NCBI GenBank assembly: GCA_002189035.1
Contig: NEEC01000069.1
Span: 1-38,316 of the forward strand
Length of the DNA: 38,316 nucleotides
Direction of reading: 5' to 3'
Source: Utricularia gibba
Lineage: Eukaryota > Plantae > Magnoliophyta
The translations under genes were made by a program, and so were the position numbers. Shown in pieces: positions 1-10,200 of this stretch (position 1 is its first letter; each line of letters opens with the position of its first letter). The notes beneath the pieces were generated by a model, which had not been told where the DNA came from, did not search any database, and saw nothing but the letters and a program-made list of their open reading frames with translations.

Positions 1-37
1 AGAAGGCGTGCGTGCGTGCACGGGAGTAGTCAGTCAC

Positions 38-83
38 CTGTATCTCCGATGATTATGTACTTGAAGAGATAATCGTACGACAT
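38..83 (-). CDS. RABB1: Rab2/RabB1-type small GTPase, first coding exon (gene continues beyond the left edge)
   Basis: The reverse complement of 83..38 reads ATG TCG TAC GAT TAT CTC TTC AAG TAC ATA ATC ATC GGA GAT ACA G, i.e. MSYDYLFKYIIIGDT(G). This is the Rab2/RabB N-terminus leading into the P-loop, and a GT donor follows at 37-36. Confidence 0.9.
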
Positions 84-648
84 CTCCCGACCGAGCAGAA
101 GGACGACCGACGATCGCAGGCACAGGAGATGAAACTTGTAAAGGAAGCAGATGCAGAAGAGAAGCAACAGACCGCGTGTATATCTACACCACGTCGCTCA
201 AAGCAAAAATGACAGCTGGATTCGAAGGAACTAAATTTAAAAAAAAAAAAATTCGATGCATTTTCAACCTGACGACGTCACTTCCCTTGACACAACTCGC
301 TGCTCCCAATTTCGGCAATTCTTCTCGAATTAGAAAATCGGTTTAAAGCGAATGTTCCAAATTTGGCATATATTATAATATTTTAGACAGTAATTTAACG
401 ACAAATCCCCTTAAATTGAAATATTAAATTTGTAAAATTCAAGATATTTTGCTTGCTCGCGGTGCACCGGGCTACGGCGGTATTTGTCTGATCAAGTTCT
501 TGTAAATTTATGAAGCCGTAGCTAGAAGAAAATGTCTGATTCAGGAGTCCATTCAAAGCTTACCCCTCATACACCAGCACTTTGATCATCCATTGGCGCA
601 GATAAAGCTATTAGCCTGCGATTCAGCTGTCGCGCCATTGGATTTTTA

Positions 649-1094
649 TCAGAAGCAGCAGAGCCACTTCTTCTGCATCAACATAACGTGGGGGCGATTT
701 TGAATTGTTAATCAGAGAGAATTGGGGGATTTGATTTGAGTACCTTTCCGGGGTAATCTTGCGGTTCTGGAGACGAAGCCGTGTTTCCGTTGGTCGGACC
801 ACCCGCGACCGTGCCTTTGGTTTTCTTCTCGTCTCTTGCTTTGGCAAAAATCACGGTGAAACCATCTGCCGACGCCGGATTATTGGCATCCCACTCGCCG
901 AACTTCGGCAGCGGGCGACCTCTCTCCTGCTGCAAAGTCACAAATGTTTCCAATCACCATTCCGATCACTAGGTCGCTGGACCCTTGAGCCAAACCGCAT
1001 ACGCAGAATTACAACGAAACGTTGGGCAAGATTATGCTCCCGAAATCGCGATCGTAATCATGTAACTAAATGAAGGAAGACTTACGGACGTCAT
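649..1094 (-). CDS. NOI/RIN4-family small protein with AvrRpt2 cleavage-site domain (72 aa, 3 exons)
   Basis: Exons 1094-1086 (MTS, donor GTAAG), 929-744 (QERGRPLPKFGEWDANNPASADGFTVIFAKARDEKKT...PGK) and 672-649 (KKWLCCF*). The protein carries the PKFGEW NOI motif and the C-terminal WLCC membrane-anchoring motif. All junctions are GT-AG and phase-compatible. Confidence 0.92.
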
Positions 1095-1493
1095 TCACGA
1101 TCGCAGGAGCTCGGCGAAGGAGGAACGAACGAACCGACGAACGAATGAAGACGCTTTAAAAACGAAACCCAGAGGTCCTCAGGAGCCAGAGGGAAAATCA
1201 ATCAAGGTAATGGCGCGCCAATCACAAAATAGATTAGATTTTTCCACTTATAAAATTTATTATAAATGAAATTGAAAATAAAATATCCCAAGATTTCTGT
1301 TTTAAAAAATAATAAAATTTATTCTCTAATGGCCAACATTTCATCCACGTGGCTTTTCTTGTATTAAGTATTCGCTGGGGCTGCGAGAAGCCACGTAATA
1401 CGGCCAAACTTTAACCGCCTGATCTCAACCATATATATATGGGAGGGCGGCGAATTTGAGATGTTGCAACGGGAGGGTGTTGAGGTTCCGTGA
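1095..1493. promoter_or_regulatory. Short divergent (shared) promoter region between the NOI gene and SDH2
   Basis: The two start codons point away from each other 399 bp apart. The region contains an AT-rich core, a G-box CACGTG at 1346-1351 and a TATATATAT tract near 1430-1440. Confidence 0.5.
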
Positions 1494-2517
1494 ATGGCGT
1501 CTGGATTGGTTCGGCGAGCGGCTTCTCGTTCTCCGGTGTTATCGCCCGTAGCGAGAGCGCTGTTTTCTCGGCAGCACACGTCGGAGGCAGAGGCGCAGGT
1601 AGTCGAGCAGAAGGCGAAGGACACGTCTACGCGCAAGGTTTTTCAGATCTATCGGTGGAATCCTGATTCTCCGCAGAAGCCGGAGCTTCGGAACTACGAG
1701 ATTGATCTTAAGGACTGTGGTCCGATGGTTCTCGATGCATTGATCAAGATTAAGAACGAGATCGATCCCACTCTGACCTTCCGTCGCTCCTGCCGGGAGG
1801 GGATTTGCGGTTCGTGCGCTATGAACATCGATGGAAGTAACGGTTTGGCGTGTCTGACGAAAATATCAGCGGGAAGCGAGAGTATGATTACGCCTCTACC
1901 GCATATGTTCGTGATTAAGGATCTGGTGGTGGATATGACCAACTTTTATAATCAGTACAAGTCGATTGAGCCGTGGTTAAAGAGAAAGAATCCACCGGCG
2001 GAGCCAGGGAAGGAAATTCGGCAGAGCAAGGAGGATCGGAAGAAGCTTGATGGGATGTACGAGTGCATTTTGTGTGCCTGCTGTAGCACATCCTGCCCTA
2101 GCTACTGGTGGAATCCCGAGTCTTATTTGGGACCTGCTGCCCTTCTCCATTCGAATAGGTAACTGATTCAGCATATCTCGCGCCAGTCTGTGATTTATTA
2201 TTTGTGGTCGCGAATCCCTGTGCAATTTACTTATAGAGCGTAATTTAAAATTTTTTATATGTGATATATCCAACGTCCGCATCTGCATTTATCCCCATTC
2301 CCTGGACTCTGTAGTTTATCTGTTTCTCCCTTGTTATTGTTGCAGATGGATAATGGATAGTCGTGATGAGTTCACAAAGGAGCGGCTTGATGCAGTGAAT
2401 GACGAATTCAAGCTATACCGGTGTCATACCATTTTGAATTGTGCTAAAGCTTGTCCCAAGGGCCTGAATCCTGGAATGCAAATTCAGAACATCAAGAAAC
2501 TGGAGCTTACATCCTAA
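1494..2517 (+). CDS. SDH2: Mitochondrial succinate dehydrogenase iron-sulfur subunit
   Basis: Exons 1494-2158 and 2346-2517. The protein has an Arg/Ser/Ala-rich targeting peptide and the Fe-S motifs [28 protein letters not shown] and [19 protein letters not shown]. Stop TAA at 2515-2517. Confidence 0.97.
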
Positions 2518-2575
2518 ACAAATGAAATCTCTATTAGAAACTCTTAATAAAAGCTCACCATGGAGAACCTTGCAG

Positions 2576-2668
2576 TGCATGCCCTGGCATGTTCTTCTCT
2601 ATGAGCCCTCTTAGGATCCTTGCTCATGTATACATCATAGATTTATAAGCTCTCATGCACTATGCATG
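2576..2668 (+). promoter_or_regulatory. Cluster of three RY (CATGCA/TGCATG) motifs around a TATA-like site
   Basis: TGCATG at 2576-2581, TTTATAA near 2642-2648, CATGCA at 2654-2659 and TGCATG at 2663-2668, about 170-260 bp upstream of the Cys-rich peptide ATG. Confidence 0.4.
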
Positions 2669-2832
2669 CCTCACTGAATGAAACGATGGCTGTTTTAATA
2701 GATTTTCCGCACCTCTGGTGCATTTGGAATGCATCCCGTGGTGCAATTCTAGTAGCAACCACAGGTTTCGTGTGATCCTTTTGCACGCATATTTATTTGT
2801 GTTTGCAGCTGCGGAATCCCTCTCATCAACGC

Positions 2833-3115
2833 ATGATGCTTCAGCGGATGCTCCTTCCTGGCTCCCTGTTGATTCTCATGGTGCTGCATCATATCCCATC
2901 ACCAACAGACGCCGGAAGGCGAATTCTCGACGAATACATCACGGTGACAGGTGAAGTATTCTCTCGAGTTTCTTCAAGCTTGCTCTTTTTGTGAGGGAGC
3001 CTCATCTGGTTCTCGTTGCGCAGGGTGTCACAATGAGTGCGACGTAGCTTGCTGTTATTGTGATATTACTAGGCAGCCTCCCATCTGCGTGCGCTGCTGT
3101 CAAGGCGATCCATAG
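2833..3115 (+). CDS. Putative small secreted cysteine-rich peptide (69 aa, 2 exons), family not recognised
   Basis: Exon 1 is 2833-2950 (donor G|GTGAAG) and exon 2 is 3024-3115 (acceptor TTGCGCAG|); they join in phase 1. Translation: MMLQRMLLPGSLLILMVLHHIPSPTDAGRRILDEYITVTGCHNECDVACCYCDITRQPPICVRCCQGDP*. It has a hydrophobic N-terminus and 8 Cys in the C-terminal 29 aa. Confidence 0.75.
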
Positions 3116-3998
3116 TCAGAGAGACGGAAGCGAAAGCGGAAGCTTCAACATAATTAATGCAACCATTTCGCATCGTCATGTGCACGTCTCCTCCTGTCCT
3201 CCATCATCATCCCTATCCCCCAATCAAACACCTCATTCTTCCCTAATTTTAAACATGAATTAATACTTTATTATATTATACAAATACATTGCGCCCCGCC
3301 TTGCTGGCGTTCGAACATCAACATCGTACCCACTACCCACCTTCGACCAGTAGAATTCGGCGTGCTCCATTAATTGAAGTTAAATGGTCATCTTTTTCGA
3401 ATTTTAGGGACTTGTAGGTTTCAATGTTTACGATCTTTTGCAATTGAAATTTGTTCACATCAAAACATTTTTACGTAACTAAATACATCATCTATTTCGT
3501 ATAATCTTTTCAAAAATAATTGAAGCATGATATACTCCCTAAGACATGGCCTCCACGAACTGTACACAGATCTAGAAGAATATTCGAATCGGAGGAGTTA
3601 TTTTTTATTAGCACAAAAAGTTGAAGCAGAACTCTTTTCAAGTGTTTGTAATTTAAGAGAAGAAGGCGGGTCTTGAAGTTGTGGGCCAGTTCCTTATCTT
3701 GAGTGTGTAGTCCGCACAGAAACAGTTAGAGGACGCCGTTTCGACTTCCGGTGGGCGAGTTGCAAAACTTGAAGCTGATCCACGTAAGGGATGGCCCCAA
3801 TGGCGTCGCCAAATCAGATTATAGTTTCGTTGCTTCGCATACCGACGAACAAAAGTGAGTCCTCATGCTTATCAACAGCCGCTTGGACCTACAATAATGG
3901 AGAGGGGCACTATTTTGTCATCCTTTTAAAGGCGAAAAGTGCCGCCTCTTCGTTCTCACAAAAGTCCCTTCATTTCCTAAGCGAAGAATACGGGAGAA

Positions 3999-5378
3999 AT
4001 GGCGGCGTCTTGGAGCTCTGTTGAGCTTGAGGTTTCTTTTTATGTGCTGGGCTGGATTTCTTTTTTCTCCTGGGCGTTCTGTTATTACCCTCAAGTTATA
4101 TTGAATTTCACCAGGAAGAGGTGGGTTTTGCTTGGCCGCTCTAGACATTTGCTTCCCACATCACATTCGCCTCATCTCTCGATGTTTGTCAGTGTGCAGG
4201 GCCTGAACTTTGATTTCGTGGCGTTGAATGTGACGACAAACATCTTCTATTTGATATACAATGCTTCTGTTTTCTTCAGCCCCGTCATTCAGACACAGTA
4301 TAGGCAGAAATTTGGCGTCGATCAGGTCCAGTTTTAACACCTTGCTCTGGATTGTAAGAATGTTCTTTTTTTTTCCTGCTTCTTCACATTCCTTCTTGAG
4401 TGCAGATGATTCCTGTGGCAGCCAACGACGTAGCTTTTTCAGTTCATGCTGTTATTCTCACATCCTTGACATTGTCTCAAGTTGCAGTATATGAGGTAAG
4501 CTTGGCATATCATTCTTCCTTGCCATTTACATTTTCTGTCCTACGTAGTATTCTCTAATTCTTAAAATTTTGTATTCACATTTGCAGCGTGGAAACCAGA
4601 AAGTCTCCAGAGTTGCTATTGCCATTCTAGCTGTGGCATGGCTAGCTGCTGCAGCTTGCGTTGCTGCAGCTCTGCCTACCCATTCTTGGTATTGGCTAGT
4701 TTCTTGCTTCAAGTAAGCTCTCTTCCATAACATGCCTTCTCCCCGCTCGCCCCCACTCTCACAATTCTCACAATTCGTATTTGGTGTTCCAGCACTCTGC
4801 AGATCGTCATGACCATCATCAAGTACACCCCTCAGGTTTGAACTCATAAAGTTGCCTCCTTTCTTAAAATGCAGTAGACTTTAGTTCTGCCACAAAGTCT
4901 TACCTCAAATCTGTTTAACCTGAAGGCTGTCTTTAACTTTCGACAAAAGAGCACGGTTGGATTCAGCATCGGATTCGTCCTGCTCGATTTCATCGGCAGC
5001 ACGGCGAGCGTAGGCCAGATAGCCATGCAATCCATAGACCAAAGTGAGTTCTGTTATGACACTTCGCAGCAGAATTGCCCTCCCTTGATTCATTCATTTC
5101 ATTCATGCATCGTCGTGCGATGACTGCAGGATCGCCGGTGAACATGTACGGCAACATCGGAAAAACTCTCCTCTCTCTGGTACGCCTTAGCATTCAGTCT
5201 GTACTGCGATTTGTTGAACTAGTGATGTGAAGGATTCGGAAATGACCGCCTGTTGCAGGTGAGCTTGTTCTTCGACAGCCTCTTCATGGTCCAGATCTTC
5301 CTGCTCTATCCTCCCAAAAAGACTTGGAGCTCGGAGTCCCAGAAGCCCCTACTGCAGAACGCTTGTGAAGAGCCATAG
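3999..5378 (+). CDS. CTNS: Cystinosin homolog (PQ-loop transporter), about 8 exons, divergent
   Basis: Spliced translation includes YYPQVILNFTRK|SVQGLNFDF, MIPVAANDVAFSVHAV, RGNQKVSR, IIKYTPQ|AVFNFRQKSTVGFSIG, LLDF, QSIDQ, YGNIGKTLLSL and FFDSLFM. Two PQ motifs are present. Stop TAG at 5376-5378. Confidence 0.93.
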
Positions 5379-5568
5379 ACCAATTTTTGCAGAAGATTAG
5401 TTTAGTTTCGATTTTGTGAAATGAGTCTGTTGTCAGGGTGGGCGAATAAATAAATAAATACAAGCAAACCCTAGCTCAAGCTTTTTTTATTTACGGAAAT
5501 AATTTCCTGTTATTTTTATATTAGTTTTCTATGGAAAACTATTTTCATTTTTCCAATTTTGGTAATTC

Positions 5569-6299
5569 TTATTCATTGTTCATGTTTTTTTTCCTCTTTC
5601 GGTAACCAAAAAAAATAAGGTCGCGTTCTAACATGGGGTGGGCCCCGATAACATAAGGTAACGGTTTCGGTTCTTGGCGTAAAGACAAAAGCCACGTGCC
5701 AGGAATTCTTCTCAATCCATTTGAGGTCTCATGTTGAATACCAATGGTGGGCTTGAGATGGATGGATTTCACCTTTAGAAAAAGCCTTTCCATTTCTTTT
5801 TTGATCCATCTACATTCTCTTTGCTCATTAAGAGAAGTCTTCTTTACTCGAGGCTCACTAAGAGGATTCTGCTTGGTCAAGTCTTCTTCGTGATTTTCAA
5901 TATGATCATTTTGCCCACTTCCATCAATAGGAGCAGTTGAAACATGGCTATCAGAATAGGCCATAACATCTTTCAAATTATGAAGATGTGCATCTTCATT
6001 TTTTGATGCTAAAGCATCAGAAGCTTCCACATACTTCTTGTGTGATGATGAAAATGCTGACCACCTCTCCTATGAAAAGGACTCTGTCATGCATCACCAG
6101 GACTAAACGATTCTTAGCATTTTCAAACTGCAATAGCTCTGGAAAACGTGGAGACGCCACAGATTTCCAGAAGAATTAAAGGGTGTATTTGTTTGTTTGT
6201 GTCGTTGGTTGTCTGTGTGGCTTCATTGGGTACAGCAGAGGCGTAGGAAAAACCATGAATTAAACAAGATGAACCTACATTAAGGTCAGGTTGTTGCAT
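5569..6299 (-). pseudogene. Decayed WVD2-like 7 / TPX2-family gene fragment
   Basis: From ATG 6299 the sequence reads MQQPDLNVGSSCLIHGFSYASAVPNEATQ, then MTESFS*ERWSAFSSSHKKYVE (TAG at 6072-6070 where the family has W). These match my recollection of the WDL7-type N-terminus (SSCL..FSYAS..PNEA...FMxESLxWEKWSxFSHxxYVEE). The following conserved block (RYSRPGSVAQKKAFFEAHYK) is absent. Confidence 0.55.
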
Positions 6300-7258
6300 A
6301 CAACTGAGAGATGCACAGCCTCAAAAACTGGAGGGAGCAAAGCAAAAACAAAATCCAAAACATAACATTATTGAATGTTCAGCACATGAACTTTCCAGAT
6401 TTCGGTGGGGGATGTTTCCTCTGTCTCCTGCTCAGTTACTTAGAACTTGAAATTCAAACGTTAAAGAAAGAACTGTTGTTAGATGAAGAAGACGAAGTTG
6501 AAATGCAGTTCAGAACTATGAACTCAACCGCTGTTCAGTACGATTAGTTTTTTCGTAAACATTGGAATTTGAGTATTTTTAGAAATTTTTAAAAATAGAA
6601 TACTAAATCAATGTTATTGAATATTTCTGGATAATATTTTTACTTTTAAAATAACAAAAATAATTTTCGCAGGAAACATAATTAATTTATATTTTTAATT
6701 ATAGTAGAAATATTTCTAAAATCAAATTATACTAACAGTAAAAATTAAAAGTAACAGCATTACTATTTCTATAAATTATTTCTATTTCTAATTTATATTT
6801 TTAAGAAAGTATAAATAGTTCGAATAAATATTCGGAAACAATACAAGACTTTTTACTGTTTCAATAGGGGCCGTGTTTTGAATTGTTTAACTGTGACTGA
6901 TTAACTTCCATCGCGGTTAAAAAATTATTTACCGCGCCCGCTTCTGTCTGTTCTCGATCTTCACCTCGACGCTAAGGATGAATTCAGTTCTCTCTTTTAG
7001 GTAGTTTCGTTTCGTGTTTTCGTTCAAGTTTTTTAGGTAATATTCTATGCATTTTCGTCGTTCTTATAATCTTGTGCGATGTCTCGTCGTGTTTGGGAGG
7101 TGTTCTCCATGGCTCATGATGGATATTACTAGCCCATTCTTGTTTTGTACTTCACGGGAGTTGGTATTGCGACCATCCATTTTCTATGGGCAATTTCAAC
7201 TCTTGGTGGTTGTTGTAGGATGAACAATTACTCAACTGTGTGCTCGTGATCAGTGAAG

Positions 7259-10200
7259 ATGGCAGATAGAGGTGTCTCAGATCTGAGACCTTCTAAGAAG
7301 AAATTAAGATTGGCTCTTGTTGTCATCATTTGCCTATGGATTGGAATCGTGGGGCTGTACAATTTGTCGAAGCCGATTTCAAATGGTTGTGTCATGACGT
7401 ACATGTATCCAACATACATTCCAATACCTATGGCGGAAAATGGTGCTTATAAGAAGTATGGTTTGTACTTATACCATGAGGGCTGGAGAAGGATTGATTT
7501 CAGTGATCACATTAAAAAACTTAATGGCGTTCCTGTTTTGTTTATCCCTGGAAATGGTGGAAGCTACAAACAGGTGTGCAACTGCTTGAGGAAACTTTTT
7601 TTGATGTAATTACGCGATGGCTGTGTAATCCAAAGGCATTTTCGTATTCTTTGAGAATTTTTAGTGATCCGCAGATGAAATTTTATATTGGACAACCACG
7701 CTAACCCAAAGAGGTGAACCATTATTCATGTTTTTTGGCAATGGCATAGGTCAGATCCCTCGGAGCAGAATCAGATAGGGCGTATCACGCTGGACCACTT
7801 GAATCAAACTCATTCCACGCTTCCACAAGTTTTGTGGCTGGAGTGGGTGCCAGCTTGAAGAACATATCGTTACCCAACATATATAATACTAGGCTAGATT
7901 GGTTTGCTGTTGATCTTGAAGGTGAACACTCTGCGCTGGATGTTCATATAGTTCAAGAACATGCAGAATATGTAGTGTACTCCATCAACAGAGTACTGCT
8001 CTCTCTCTCTCTCACACACATTCAATAATTGTCTTTCCTTGAAGAAGTTCTGGAATCGTTTTATACATCCCAAGTTAGAAAAAACTTCATGCTGCTAATC
8101 CTGTCACCTTTGTTTACGTTCCTGTCATGGTCCTGCATGTAGATCTTGGATCAGTATAAGGAATCCCATGATGCTCGAAGAAAAGAAGGTGCTTCTGTTG
8201 TTGGTAGCCCACCCAAAAGTGTGATATTAGTCGGCCATTCTATGGGTGGTTTTGTTGCAAGGGCTGCTTTAGTGCACCCGAACTTGAGGAAGAATGCAGT
8301 TGAAACGATAGTGACACTTTCAAGTCCACACCAGTAAACATGGAATCTCAAAAAATAAATTTTCAGTTTATCATTGTCCTGCAGGTTTTCATGGTTTTTC
8401 CTCATTTTTATGCAGATCTCCTCCTGTGGCTTTCCAACCATCGTTGGCCCAGTACTATAAACGTGTGAATCTGGAATGGAGGAAAGGATACAAGGCTCAG
8501 ATCTCTAACACTGGATATTACGTTTCTGATCCCATCCTTTCTCATGTTGTTGTCATCTCAATCTCTAGTGGCCATAATGATTATCAGGTAAATATTGGAG
8601 AACGTGAAGTGTTCACCGGGTAATAACATTTGGATTTTCTGTTACTGTTTCAATTTGAAAATTTTTGGCATCAAGTATGTGGTTTGCTCTATTGATCCTG
8701 AAAAATAGAAGTAGATGGTTTTAGATTGCCGTTATGATCCTAGGTTCGTGCAAATTTGGAGTCCCTTGAAGGAATTGTTCCAGAAACCCATGGATTTATG
8801 ATCAGCAGCATGAGTATGAAAAATGTTTGGTTGTCAATGGAGCATCAGGTTATCTTGTGGTGCAATCAGCTTGTCGTGCAGGTAAGTTATTTTCAATTAA
8901 CTGAACTTGTCTTTTTCACTAGATTCGTTGATCTGGAATTCCTACTGTAAATGCAGGTCTCACACACTCTCCTCAGCTTGATAGATATGAAGACAGGCCA
9001 ACCTATCGCTGATGCAGAGAAAAGACTTGGAATTTTTTCCAAAATGCTTCAGAATGGAATCCCAAGAAGCTTCATCTCAAAGTGGCAACCACACCTGGCC
9101 CAAAAGACCAACAATCTTTCAAATAATGCACGATTAATTCCGGGTAATTTAATGTGAAGCTTACCTGAAAAATACTTCAATCTGCTATTTATCCCCATTA
9201 TATGGTCAACCAGTGTTTACAAGACTTGAGGCTCCTCATTTATGGTTTCCTGGTTTTATTTATGCTAATCTCGTTCATCCCTTTTGGCTTTTATATACGC
9301 TACTCTGCCTCTAATTGGAGTCTTGTAATTTTCGTTATATTCTTCATATTTGTGGTATGATACTCTTTAAGAACTCCTAGACATTTTAAAATAAATCAGA
9401 CTTGAGGATTTCTGATGCCCCAAAATGCCCGAATAATGCTCACTGGATTGAAGATGGGAAACAAAGAGACATTCACATCCAAATAAAGACACTCATTATT
9501 TTGGCAAGGGATGGAAGAAGACGGTGGTTGGACTTTGAGAAACTGGTAAAGTTCAGTTAGTGTGTTCATCATCTTTTTTTTTATTCTTTATTACTTTGAG
9601 TCATGATAGTCTTGCAATGCGAAATTTGTCTTAAAAATCCACTTCAAAATTTTTAGAGATTCTTATTTATCAACGAAATTTCATATGATATACATTTGAA
9701 CCATCAATCTAAAAGAGGACCAAAAATTTCCTTTCATAATAGTATGGTGTCTTCATTTAAGAAGGATTCAAAGAGATTATCGTACAGGATCCAGGTAGGA
9801 AAAACCACTTTGTTTTTGTCACAAACCTTTCACCTTGTTCTGGTGTAAGGCTCCATCTCTGGCCTGAAAGAAATACTTCAGCTTCAATATCTTTTTCGAA
9901 AAAAGGCGTCGTTGATATCACATCAAAAATGGTCCCAATTCCCTCCCGACCTTCTCCCAAGCAGGTATGGCCTATCACATTATTCTCTTCCATAAGAGAC
10001 TTAGGGTACTCTTGGCCTTGACTTCTTGTGCTTATTCCGCAAGATTGAGCCAGGCAGCCAAACAGAGCAAGCCCCTCCTTCTGCTGTTTTTTGGTTGGAT
10101 CCTCAGGACATGGATGGCTTCAGGTTCCTGACAATTTCAGTGGCTCATCTGGTACATCTCATCTTTGAAGTTTTTACACATATCTTGATTGATAATTGCT

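Noticed and set aside
623-1073. Several overlapping 60-100 aa ORFs on both strands
   Set aside because: They are shadow or alternate frames of the spliced NOI gene.
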